Positions 1 to 9,562 of a stretch of 64,000 nt of DNA are shown in pieces (within the stretch, counting starts at the first letter, position 1; every line of letters starts with the position of its first letter). The notes beneath the pieces are model-generated. The model saw only the letters and a list, made by a program, of their open reading frames with translations. It searched no databases and had not been told where the DNA came from. A program made the position numbers and the translations under genes. Location: assembly GCA_003707115.1 (NCBI GenBank), contig PPNB01000029.1, positions 1 through 64,000 of the forward strand, written 5' to 3'. This stretch comes from Tortispora ganteri. Lineage: Eukaryota.

Positions 1-3000
1 GGTTACAATTTAGCTAAACCTGAATCAAATTACGATTTCACTGTCCGCCACTTTGGTCTTAGTCTTCTACAAAACGCCATTCTTGTCTGTCCGGAGGGCG
101 ACTGGTCAACCGGTAGAACTCTTACAGATCATATTGTTGAAATCGCCAAAAATGTCTCCGATTCTGACCCTCATTTCCTGAAAGAAAAAATTGTCGTCTT
201 ATGGACACATCTGGCTAAAAGATTCTGGGAAGCAGAGCAATGGTCTGAAATGGACAATCTGCTTCTCTCCATGCACAAGTCTTCTAACGCTACGAGACTT
301 TTGGCGCTCGGCATTCTTCGCAATTTGTTTGAAGATGTCTTTCTACTCGATGATGCAATCGCTTCCGCTAACTCCGCTCGTCTTACGGCTCAATGTATAG
401 AAATAGCTACCCCCATCGCTATGCTGGAACAGCTCTATTCTGACCGCAATCCAGCTGTAGTAGTACTTCGATCCAGTGATCAGGGCTGGCTCATGATTTT
501 CTCTCAAATTCTCACATCTTGCATATCTGACACTTCCGACGCTTCATCTTTGCTAGCTATAAAAGCCTTAGAGGCTATAAAGGCTTCCCTGTTGTGGATC
601 GCGGTCAAGGCTATCATCCAAGCTGACTTACTGCCCCTGACTTGTCAATACCTCTCACATCCTAATCCTAAAGTCAGAATACTGGCTATCGATTGTCTTC
701 ATATCTTTGTCACTCGCCACTACAACAATGACGATGACTTCTCCGCCCTCATAGGAGTTGTCTTCCTCCCCGAATCTCTCAATTCTTTTTCAAACATCAT
801 ATCCGCAATACCCGCTGACCCGGACATTATAGACGAGGATTCCTACAATTTCTTGAAAAAAGTTGTAGAAACAGTGGTTTCTCTCGCAGATCACTATACA
901 GTCGTTAAACGAAGATTCTCAGGTCCTGTAAATCTTAACTCGTACCTGGATCTTGTTCTCCAGACTACTGCACATCCTAGTCTGCTTGTCTCTCATTTAT
1001 CGTTACCTTTCTGGAGTAACCTTCTTAGACTATCTGAACCAATAACCGATAGTTCCGAAACGGAATTGGTACGGCGTTTACTTGTTCTCTCCTCCAAAAG
1101 AATACTTAATTACGAGAGTGTCCTTGAAGACAACGAAACTATGCGGTTTTTAGACTTGGATTTTGACACAAAAGTAGAAAGACAGAACTTCTTGAATGAA
1201 TACGAGCGCGCAGTAATTGACGTGGTCAGACTCTCTACTTGTCGCCATCCTTTTGAATCTTTGGTTTGGATAAGAGAGAATGTAAACTCAGTTTTTGCTA
1301 ATTGGTCAGCTCCTGCTAGTTTGGATTGCTCAGGGCCAGTCCTTACTAAATCTGATCCTTCTTGCATAATGGCAATCGCCCAGTTTACTATGACTGAAGC
1401 AGCTCTACGTGGTATCGACAGATGGAAGGTGTGGTATACCGAACCTGACAAAGACACTGAATTTCAGAACTTGAGCTCCTTTATCGTCAGTTGGTGTGTT
1501 GAGCTATTAGATATTCCAATACGTCAACCGGTACTAGTAAAGAAGTACATCAAGACTTTGGTGCTATTCACTCCTTATCTCTCTGAAACAAGTGATATAC
1601 TCTTTAAAGTATTGGAAAAGTGTCTAGATGCGTGCATCTTTAACTTGCCAGAAAACTCAAATGAAGAGCTAACTAAAACTGTTCACGATATTCGCAGTAG
1701 CTGTGGTGTTGAAATAAACCGGTTGGCTTATCTTATTCCTGGAACACTTAACAACTTTTACGATGACTTGGATCGTGTTGTCTCTGACTTGGTCAGTAAC
1801 AAGCTCTCTAATCACGAGAGTGTTATTCTATATGCGTTCCTTTTGGTTGTTTCTCAAAGATGCAATTCTGACCATAAGGTAAGCCGATTTGAGAAAGTAG
1901 TTGACCCTATACTTTCTAAATGGCAAAGTGAGCCAGTGATCAAAATGGTGTCATCTCTTACTGGATTTATGGAAGAGATCGGTATTCCTCAAATTGGTGA
2001 ATACTTTAACTATAGAGGTGTCCAGGACTTTTCCGATCTCTTGGCTGCGCCAATGGATGAAGATGGTAGAATGCTTAAGTCTCAACTTCAAGATCATTGG
2101 TCATCTCTGTTTTTAGCACGGCCTACTCGGATCTTTATACAGTATACAATTGAAAAACTAGATCATTCTTCCTCTGAATATCTTGATCTTTTAAATTTAT
2201 GGAAGCCACGAGTGCAGGCCTTATTACCATATTTGCTTCAGCTTTTGAAACAAATATCTGCGTTTTGCTCGCCGGAAAGCTGGGAAGGATTTTCATCTGA
2301 AGTGAAAACCTTCTTGCAGCAAAGCTGCACAGAGAGGTTCTGGCAGGCAGGTCTTTCAAACCAATCGAAAGACGAGTTTTTGCAGCAGCACGAATCTGCT
2401 TCTAAAACGCTGCAAGATTTTGCAGATTCTCTAGGAACTATTGTACGATACACTAGGGAATATTCTTATTTGGCACTCAGTTCTGTGTCTCAACTGGATG
2501 ATGTGCTTTATGAAATACCAGGCGTAGGAAGGGAGTTTGCAGAAGCGTTGACAGGAATCCCTTCTGGAATAACGTTTCACAGTTGTCGACACATGATTTC
2601 ATTGGTAATCAGGCCACTAATTCGAAATTGCAGTGCAAAGTATGTGATTTCATTTTTAGGAGAGTTTCTTCCATATTCTCTAAGACAGATTGAGAAAGTA
2701 ATTGATAAGTTTAAAGGATCAGAGATTTCGGACGAAGCGCACGATATAACGGAAGTGGATAAGGAGAATTTAACGGATCAGATTATGGAAGAGCACCAGT
2801 TTTTACAATTGACACATGCGACGTGTCGATTGTTGCTAGACATTAACAATGTGCGAGTTCCATATTCCGAGGATGACTCTAGTGATTACGATGAAGATCT
2901 AAGTAATTCTAAAGGAACTTCAAAAGAGAAGTATCTAATTGGATGTCATGAAGGTGTTTTAGGAGCATTTTTGCAGTTGTGCAAGAAGCTGCTAGTTTTG

Positions 3001-3519
3001 CCAGACAATCGATCGGTTCTTACTACTGCGTACGGATTGAGGGATGCTATTCCTAAAATTCCTATTGGGGTGTGGGGAGACGTTGACGAATACCTTGTAT
3101 TTCAAATTCTTCCTATATGTTTTACTATAATTCAAGAACGGAAGAGTGGAGATAGTGCACATGAAGCGGAGTATGTCATCACTCTTATTTTTGCGCGGTT
3201 TGCTAAGAGCAATGGAGCAGTTGGGTTGCGGGAGCTATTTCAAGGACTGATACCGAGTTTAAGTGAGAACGTTTGGAATAATTTAGAGGTACAACTAGAT
3301 CGTGCTGCGAACCTAAAACAGAAACGAGGAGTTGTTGTTCAGTTTCTGACGGTGAACGGACAGATTGAATGGACGGAGAGACTTGAGCAGGAGATGCAGA
3401 AGGATAGAAGAAAGCAGCTGAAACTTGCAGCGAAAAGTGCATGGCTACCTAAATCGAGCCGTGTGCCTGATCCAGATGAATATTTAGATGAAGGATTTAC
3501 GAATTTGTTTGCTGAATGA
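1..3519 (+). CDS. MSN5: Exportin-5/karyopherin Msn5, 5'-truncated by the window edge
   Basis: Frame is open from base 1 (GYNLAKPE...VRHFGLSLLQNAI) into the 1089-aa ORF. HEAT-repeat character with Msn5-like motifs (RPTRIFIQYTIEKL, ERFWQAGLS, IVRYTREY). Confidence 0.88.
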   Translation, partial: GYNLAKPESNYDFTVRHFGLSLLQNAILVCPEGDWSTGRTLTDHIVEIAKNVSDSDPHFLKEKIVVLWTHLAKRFWEAEQWSEMDNLLLSMHKSSNATRLLALGILRNLFEDVFLLDDAIASANSARLTAQCIEIATPIAMLEQLYSDRNPAVVVLRSSDQGWLMIFSQILTSCISDTSDASSLLAIKALEAIKASLLWIAVKAIIQADLLPLTCQYLSHPNPKVRILAIDCLHIFVTRHYNNDDDFSALIGVVFLPESLNSFSNIISAIPADPDIIDEDSYNFLKKVVETVVSLADHYTVVKRRFSGPVNLNSYLDLVLQTTAHPSLLVSHLSLPFWSNLLRLSEPITDSSETELVRRLLVLSSKRILNYESVLEDNETMRFLDLDFDTKVERQNFLNEYERAVIDVVRLSTCRHPFESLVWIRENVNSVFANWSAPASLDCSGPVLTKSDPSCIMAIAQFTMTEAALRGIDRWKVWYTEPDKDTEFQNLSSFIVSWCVELLDIPIRQPVLVKKYIKTLVLFTPYLSETSDILFKVLEKCLDACIFNLPENSNEELTKTVHDIRSSCGVEINRLAYLIPGTLNNFYDDLDRVVSDLVSNKLSNHESVILYAFLLVVSQRCNSDHKVSRFEKVVDPILSKWQSEPVIKMVSSLTGFMEEIGIPQIGEYFNYRGVQDFSDLLAAPMDEDGRMLKSQLQDHWSSLFLARPTRIFIQYTIEKLDHSSSEYLDLLNLWKPRVQALLPYLLQLLKQISAFCSPESWEGFSSEVKTFLQQSCTERFWQAGLSNQSKDEFLQQHESASKTLQDFADSLGTIVRYTREYSYLALSSVSQLDDVLYEIPGVGREFAEALTGIPSGITFHSCRHMISLVIRPLIRNCSAKYVISFLGEFLPYSLRQIEKVIDKFKGSEISDEAHDITEVDKENLTDQIMEEHQFLQLTHATCRLLLDINNVRVPYSEDDSSDYDEDLSNSKGTSKEKYLIGCHEGVLGAFLQLCKKLLVLPDNRSVLTTAYGLRDAIPKIPIGVWGDVDEYLVFQILPICFTIIQERKSGDSAHEAEYVITLIFARFAKSNGAVGLRELFQGLIPSLSENVWNNLEVQLDRAANLKQKRGVVVQFLTVNGQIEWTERLEQEMQKDRRKQLKLAAKSAWLPKSSRVPDPDEYLDEGFTNLFAE

Positions 3520-3607
3520 CCTAATGTTTAGTATATTTTAATGAATTTTATGGGATTATTATATTAATATATATGTGCCGTATATCATGAAGTGAGAGCA
3601 TTAATCA

Positions 3608-4061
3608 TTAGAGCCATCTTACGAGCCAGAAGAAGAACATGACGATAAGAAAAAATAGAGCCCATGTTTTAAGTGGTATTTGCGCATTCCTTGCAGTTTG
3701 AATCATTCGTTTTGTAGTTCTTTTGAGTGTTGATCCTGTTTGTTCAAATCTGTTGCTGAGTAGTTCAAGAAGCGAGTTCGATTCTCGTATTTCATCACCG
3801 ATCTTCGTGGTAAGCATTTTAAGCGATCTGACTTTATTGTGAAGAAGTTCGACATCTTCATCATTTTGAGCTTCAAGATTTTCCAGCTCTCTGATCGTCA
3901 ACCGCTTGCTGTGTTCGTTAGGTACCGTGTTAGGTCGAGAGATAGGACTGGCGGCAAACAATTGTGTCCGTTGATCACGTTGATGCAGTCCCTGATACCT
4001 TTAATTCAATGTTAGTATCAGTTTTTTGTCAATTATCAAATTATATTTACCTTTGATTCAT
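3608..4061 (-). CDS. BET1: ER-Golgi Qc-SNARE Bet1, 2 exons (4061-4051, 3998-3608), 133 aa
   Basis: Spliced N-terminus MNQRYQGLHQRDQRTQLF resembles S. cerevisiae MSSRF..QRD..RTQLF. SNARE helix (LKMLTTKIGDEIRESN) and C-terminal TM (LKTWALFFLIV). Confidence 0.9.
3999..4050 (-). other. Spliceosomal intron of BET1 (52 nt)
   Basis: GTAAAT donor at 4050, TACTAAC branch point at 4017-4011, AAG acceptor ending at 3999. Splicing restores the frame. Confidence 0.85.
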
Positions 4062-4277
4062 TTTTTGTCAATAGTGAACGTCGAAATACAAGTAGTAAAA
4101 GTAATTTTGATGATGGTATGTACAGGGTGGTTCAGCCGCACGCGCCTTCGGTGTGATATTTCTGCAGAATCTATTGTCGGCCTGAAAATTTTTACTTGGA
4201 AAAATATGTATCTTAGCGTATTCTATGTGTTTTACTGGGGTAAACACTTATTCTACAGAATCAATATAATTATTGCC

Positions 4278-5610
4278 TTAAACCAGGTTGTCTAGCAGTG
4301 CTTCGATAGCACCTTGCACATTGCCTCCTGATCGACGAAGAGCGCGAACATTCTTTTCAAAATCATAAAATCCCAATTCGTTCAATTGACGAAGCTGTTC
4401 CTCATATCGCTCCTCGGGCGGTCGGTTATCCGGCTGTGCTGCTGTCCCGGCTCCGGTCAGCCCCGGTGCCCCCAGTAATGACAGTAGGTCCGGGTTCAAC
4501 AACGATGCAAACGGGTTAGTGTTGGCTGTGCTAGTGTTTCCACTATCGCTTCCATCAGCATTTCCCCTCGTACCTGCAGCTGCGTCGGTGCTAGCGTTGA
4601 CGCCGTTCATAGCCTGTAGAAGAGAAGCCAGTGCAGCAGGGTCGGCACCGAAAGGCGAAGTGGCCGCAGCACCTTCGTTTGTGCCACCAGATGAGTTAGT
4701 AGAAGAAGTATTCGCGCCAGCGGCTCCACCTAGTGCAGCGAATGGGTTCGGGAAGTTACCTGACTGCATAGCGCGCGTCATCTCTGAGGTCTGGCGCAAA
4801 ACCTCGGGGCTAAACATGAGTCTACGCGCCTCGGGATTTCTGAGTATGTTGGCAAAATGGTCTGCGCTCGGACCAAGCTGCTGGCGGAACATTGGAGAGT
4901 TTATGAGACTGTTAATCACGCGATCGTCTTGCATGTAGCTCTGGACGAGCTGCATGGAGGCGGGATCATCGAGTATGGACATCAAAGAGTCCTGATCAAT
5001 ATTGTTCATACCGCCATCAGGCCCAAACATTGATGCAGGAGGAAGGTTCGTAAGTCCTGCATAGCGGGCGCCAGTGAGATCAGCTAACGGATTGTCGACG
5101 CCCTGACCTGCAGCCATATTAACTGGCGGCACTGGTGTCGTAGACGACCCGGACGTATTGTTAGTGGCTTTGCTGAGTATTGCAGATTTAACAAGATGCA
5201 CTATGTGGCCTGATTTAACCTTGTAGGTGGAAAGCGGTTCCTCATCTTTCAGGACTCGGCCTGAGTAAATTAGACGCTGCTGGGTAGGCGGGATATCAAA
5301 GACCGATTCCAGCTGTTCCTTAAGTGCAAGCACGGCAATGGACGCCGGGACAGTGAGCGTATGTTTTTGGTCGCCCGAAGATCTAGAGTGAGTCTAGCCG
5401 CTGGCTGCAATGCAGCAGAAAGTCCGCGCTGTCCTCTTTTTTTGTGCGAGAACGTTCTGTGGTGTTCGCTTGGGAGAGGCAGCGGCGGGCCTTGTCTGCA
5501 CGCGGTCGGCGGTTAGAGCCGTTAGCAGTTATTCGCAATAATAAATACGCTACATGCACTGCATGTGTTTCTACTTACTTGACCGTGAAGGTAATTTGCT
5601 CGTCTGCCAT
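4278..5610 (-). CDS. DSK2: UBL-STI1-UBA ubiquitin receptor Dsk2, 2 exons (5610-5579, 5382-4278), 378 aa
   Basis: Spliced start MADEQITFTVKSSGDQKHTLTV completes the UBL domain (QQRLIYSGRVLKD). NPLADLTGARYAG motif and C-terminal UBA (PPEERYEEQLRQLNELGF...SGGNVQGAIEALL). Confidence 0.93.
5383..5578 (-). other. Spliceosomal intron of DSK2 (196 nt) with a distant branch point
   Basis: GTAAGT donor at 5578, TGCTAAC at 5527-5521. Of the acceptors tested, only the TAG ending at 5383 gives an open UBL frame. Confidence 0.85.
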
Positions 5611-5774
5611 GGTCGGGGTAACGGGGCAATGGCGCAGCAGGTGAACGTCAAGGGAAAGGTGGTGTAGAGATGGGAAGAGGGTTTAGACTAGGCAGGCCAG
5701 CGGCGAAAATGGGACACCGGGGTCCAAAAATCAGAAAAGTCATCGAGATGGTCATTCATTCGTGAGAAAAGTGC

Positions 5775-7754
5775 TTAGGTAATTTTCATGTGCTTGTAGA
5801 TAATCCAGACATATATGTATGCTGAAACAAAAGATAAACATCCGGCCAGTAAAGCGTAGACAGTGCACACCATGAGTATCGATGTCAGGTACACCAGGAT
5901 GCTCAATATCCCAGTGACATGCATGTGCATGAGAAAGAACCATATAGAATATAGGAAAATCCACACAGATCCACCTGCTCCTATAAACCACGACTTCCAT
6001 TGCCATTCATAGTTCTCCTGCGACAACGTCAGGTACGTCATCAAAGCGGACGAACACATAATCACAACGAAAAGCAGTACTGCATTGACTCCCATGATTC
6101 CATAGGAATTGTAAAAGCTGGACTTTTCTGTCCAAATGCAGTAGTATATCGAATACAGCTCCAGTCGGATGACAGCAAATGCAATTGCTCCAAATAAAAC
6201 CGCTAGAGGGGCCGTTTCGAAAATGCGGAACCTCGAATGCGGAATATTTCTCTTAGGCAGCTGCGCAGGAGGGAACAGGTCCCTCGGCAGGTAAATCATC
6301 GATTCCTCAGATCGCAACTTGCCTTCAACAATAAAACTTCCTAACGCAGACAGCGGCATGCAGATAAAAAGCCATATAATAATTAGCAAGCATATGGTGC
6401 TGAACGGCAAGGCCACGCTAGACCCGACTGACCAGTAAAGTAGATCCAAAGACAAAATGAGCAGCATGGCAGGTCCAGGCACCGCAAACGCTGTCATAAA
6501 AGCAGTTTCGAGCCACGTCTGTTTAGAAGGGATTTCTATTGAAAGCAATAAATACATATACCTACCAGTCATACCAGCAATGATACTCGTAAAGGCATAT
6601 GTTATCATTGCGCAGTGCAAGAGGCCGCCGCGGTAGGCAGGAGTGAAGGTTCCCTTTAGCGCAAAGCCAATGGTGATTGATGCAGCCGAGAGTAGCTGCG
6701 CTCCTGCACCTACGGCTGTAGCTAGCAGTTCGAAATGTGTAGGAGTTCGGAAAATGTCTTCGGATATGGCGTTGAGACCGTAGTTGAAGTTCGAAATAGT
6801 GGGAGTCAATGCTGCCAATACATTAGCAGAATGATCTTTGTCGTGGGGCTCTCGCGAATGGTCACGTCGTAACACACGAAATGTCACAACAAAGAGTAGC
6901 AAAATAAGCGCTATTGAAATGCCAAGCGCATTTAAGATGACCATGGAGCTAGACTGGTCACGAGTCTCGGTCAGAGAGTCGTAGCGGTCCCATCGGTGGT
7001 TCCAGTCGATCGATGTGTCTTCGATCCAATAGACGGAGTAAGTATAGTTCAAAGTCCATTGTTTTTTAGATTTGTAGTTTAAGTTCAGATCCGGAAGAAT
7101 CAATGGGCCTTCTTTGGCTGTGTCGTTGGTAGAAGGTAAAGCGGACGAGGGCTTCTCGCATTTGGAATTTGTGCCGTTAACGGATTTTGGGAAGACTTCA
7201 AAACCTACTATGGCAAGCTGGTCATTATTATGCATAGGCCTGTACCTCATAATAAGAGTGAAGTGATTGTAGAAGATGTAGTTGCGGTTTTCGTCAAGCT
7301 CGCCGAGTGCAAACCCTGCCTGGTAGTACTTGCTCGATATGTCGGCGGATGTGTAGGTAGTAGCTCCAGGGAGTCCATCTGCGATCCATTCGACTCTGTA
7401 ATCATTATCTATTAGATACCTTATTTTCTTTATAGAGTCCGCGTTCAAGGTTACCGAACAGAGTTTTCTGCACTCGATGTCGGACTTCATAATTAGTGTT
7501 ATGTCTGCGCCAGATATACGTTCGCCGCGCAGAAGGGATCCAAAGTTCAAAGGAATTCGAAATTTGGCCTTATGTTTGGGCTTACAAACAAAGGGAAGTT
7601 CATTATATGCGTAGGGGAACTCTGTCTTGTCAGAAAACACCCGGTTCGCATACAGTGTGAGTTCCTGGTTAGGTCTATAAGTGTTCACTACTTCGCTCGA
7701 CCACGAGAATGCGAAAGACACATTCAGAATAACTATTATGTAGCTTATCAGCAT
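5775..7754 (-). CDS. TMN3: Transmembrane-9 superfamily (EMP70/nonaspanin) protein, Tmn3-like
   Basis: Signal peptide, luminal domain (PYAYNELPFVC, YRVEWIADGLPGAT, YTYSVYW, W..RWDRY) and nine TM segments ending ENYEWQWKSWF...IYKHMK. Confidence 0.8.
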   Translation of the reverse strand: MLISYIIVILNVSFAFSWSSEVVNTYRPNQELTLYANRVFSDKTEFPYAYNELPFVCKPKHKAKFRIPLNFGSLLRGERISGADITLIMKSDIECRKLCSVTLNADSIKKIRYLIDNDYRVEWIADGLPGATTYTSADISSKYYQAGFALGELDENRNYIFYNHFTLIMRYRPMHNNDQLAIVGFEVFPKSVNGTNSKCEKPSSALPSTNDTAKEGPLILPDLNLNYKSKKQWTLNYTYSVYWIEDTSIDWNHRWDRYDSLTETRDQSSSMVILNALGISIALILLLFVVTFRVLRRDHSREPHDKDHSANVLAALTPTISNFNYGLNAISEDIFRTPTHFELLATAVGAGAQLLSAASITIGFALKGTFTPAYRGGLLHCAMITYAFTSIIAGMTGRYMYLLLSIEIPSKQTWLETAFMTAFAVPGPAMLLILSLDLLYWSVGSSVALPFSTICLLIIIWLFICMPLSALGSFIVEGKLRSEESMIYLPRDLFPPAQLPKRNIPHSRFRIFETAPLAVLFGAIAFAVIRLELYSIYYCIWTEKSSFYNSYGIMGVNAVLLFVVIMCSSALMTYLTLSQENYEWQWKSWFIGAGGSVWIFLYSIWFFLMHMHVTGILSILVYLTSILMVCTVYALLAGCLSFVSAYIYVWIIYKHMKIT

Positions 7755-7993
7755 TATCTCATGTGACTTTTTTTTTTGTAAACAAAAAGCAGTTAAACCG
7801 TCTCCCTAAAACCACTGCTTTTACTTTAATTTATCTTCGATCTAATATGGCTGTTTCCTGCTAATCGACTAGGTTGGTGCACGCTCAAAACATACAAAAG
7901 AAGGCTACACAAACCCTAATAAGAGCCAAAGGCACAATACATATACTGTTTCAGCCAATCACAAGCGTTATAGTATAGCTCTCACTTTGCATC

Positions 7994-8343
7994 GGTTTCT
8001 GGGCGCTATATCATCTTACACTGTCTCATGCTGTCCATACAGTAATTTTGTACTGAGGTAACAATTTAGCTAGAACTTGACAGTTGCTGTCAAGTTATTT
8101 ATTTTTATATCTGACCAGTCACTAGAGCTGCAGCTACTGTCGCGGTTCTGCCCGTCAAAGCTCTAGAAAAGCAGATCGCAAACCCTAGCCCAATCGTACG
8201 ACTACCATCACCATTTAGTCGTACGTTCAGGCCTTCAGATCGGTCGACAGAAACACGCTGCAAATTGGCCATTAGTATCAGTTATACGCGTGTAAGATCG
8301 CAGACTTTCCTAGCCCTTGGTTCAGCGCGTTCCAGAAGGACCC
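7994..8343. ncRNA. Candidate structured non-coding RNA of unknown class
   Basis: Nested helices: 7997-8007/8324-8337 (3-nt bulge), 8013-8021/8290-8298 (9 bp), 8074-8083/8087-8096 (10 bp), 8122-8129/8159-8166 (8 bp), 8195-8204/8216-8225 (10 bp). No credible ORF. Confidence 0.5.
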
Positions 8344-8471
8344 ACAGAATATCCACAGACGCACTACTTTGACCCCTGTGTGCAAGGGACACCTAAAACC
8401 TTATCAAAACCAACCCACACCTTTCCCAGAACCGCATCACCCACAGAAACCACACGCACAACTTCAAAAAC

Positions 8472-9533
8472 ATGCCTGACTGGTCCGTTAGCAGTGATAG
8501 CAAACGAGTTTTATTGGTAAGTAGAATGCAATGTACCCGCGTAGTACCGGCATGCTAACTTTCAAACTAGGAACTGCAGAAGGAGGCACCCAATAAGAGA
8601 TGTTTTGATTGTAATGCACCCAATCCTCAATGGGCCTCACCGAAACTAGGCATATTCATATGTCTAGAGTGCGCAGGACTGCACAGAGGTTTGGGTGTTC
8701 ATATTTCCTTTGTTCGATCTATCACAATGGATCAGTTTAAGGAAAACGAGCTCAAAAAGATGGAGGTAGGAGGCAATGCAAGAGCTAAAGAGTATTTCGA
8801 ACAGAACGGCTACAACCCCTCGATGAGCTTTAAAGAGAAATACTATTCGGAATTTGCCGAGTCTTATCGCGATACTCTTGCTTCTGAAGTAGATGGTGTG
8901 CCTTATGAACGAAAGTCTCGCAGTGCCACTGCCACACCCGCTCTGGGATCAGCTCCCGTTACTGGTACGTCGTCCTCTGCTGCGACAGTCGACCAAAGAG
9001 CGCGTAATGAACAATACTTTGCTCAGAAAGGCCTAGAAAACAGCTCTCGTCCGGACTCTGTACCTCCATCGCAGGGCGGCAAGTACGCTGGTTTCGGTAA
9101 CAGTGGGCCACAGCCGGTTGTAGACAGTGACCCATTTGCCGGTCTGACTAGGGGATTCGGGCTGTTTACGTCAAAACTTACACAAACTGTTGAACAGGCT
9201 AAGAAACAATATATAGATCCAGGCGTTAAAAACCTCGCAAGTTCGGATTTGGGTCAGAATGCTAGACAAGCAATGATGCAATTCGGTCAAAAGATGCAGG
9301 ATACTGGCAAATACGGTCTGGAAACTTTCCAGGAGTTCACTTCCGACCATAGGGCGTCGTCTTCTGGAAGCGGTAGCAAGAACAAGTTTGCCGGGCTATT
9401 CGACGGTATAGGGAAAGACAGCGGTCAGAACACCTCGACTAATGTGGAGCCGGCTTTCGGTGTAGCGAAACCCGGTAAGGGAACTAGGCTTGACGGTATA
9501 CAGGGCGGATACAGCAAAGGCAAGGACCTTTGA
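8472..9533 (+). CDS. GCS1: ArfGAP Gcs1, 2 exons (8472-8516, 8571-9533), 335 aa
   Basis: Spliced [71 protein letters not shown] gives the ArfGAP zinc finger. [17 protein letters not shown] motif present. Confidence 0.95.
8517..8570 (+). other. Spliceosomal intron of GCS1 (54 nt)
   Basis: GTAAGT donor, TGCTAAC at 8553-8559, TAG acceptor. Phase 0. Confidence 0.92.
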
Positions 9534-9562
9534 GGTGACAGCGACGATAACGGTCTCTGTAT

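Noticed and set aside
7895..7935. U2 snRNA-like GCCTTTGGCT...GTGTAG on the minus strand
   Set aside because: Lacks the invariant AGATCAAGTGTAGTATCTGTTC and the spacing is wrong.
8100..8345. RNase P/MRP RNA on the minus strand (GGAAAGTCTG at 8310-8301 resembles CR-I)
   Set aside because: No properly spaced CR-IV/CR-V or P1/P2 closure, and the strongest helices conflict with that topology.
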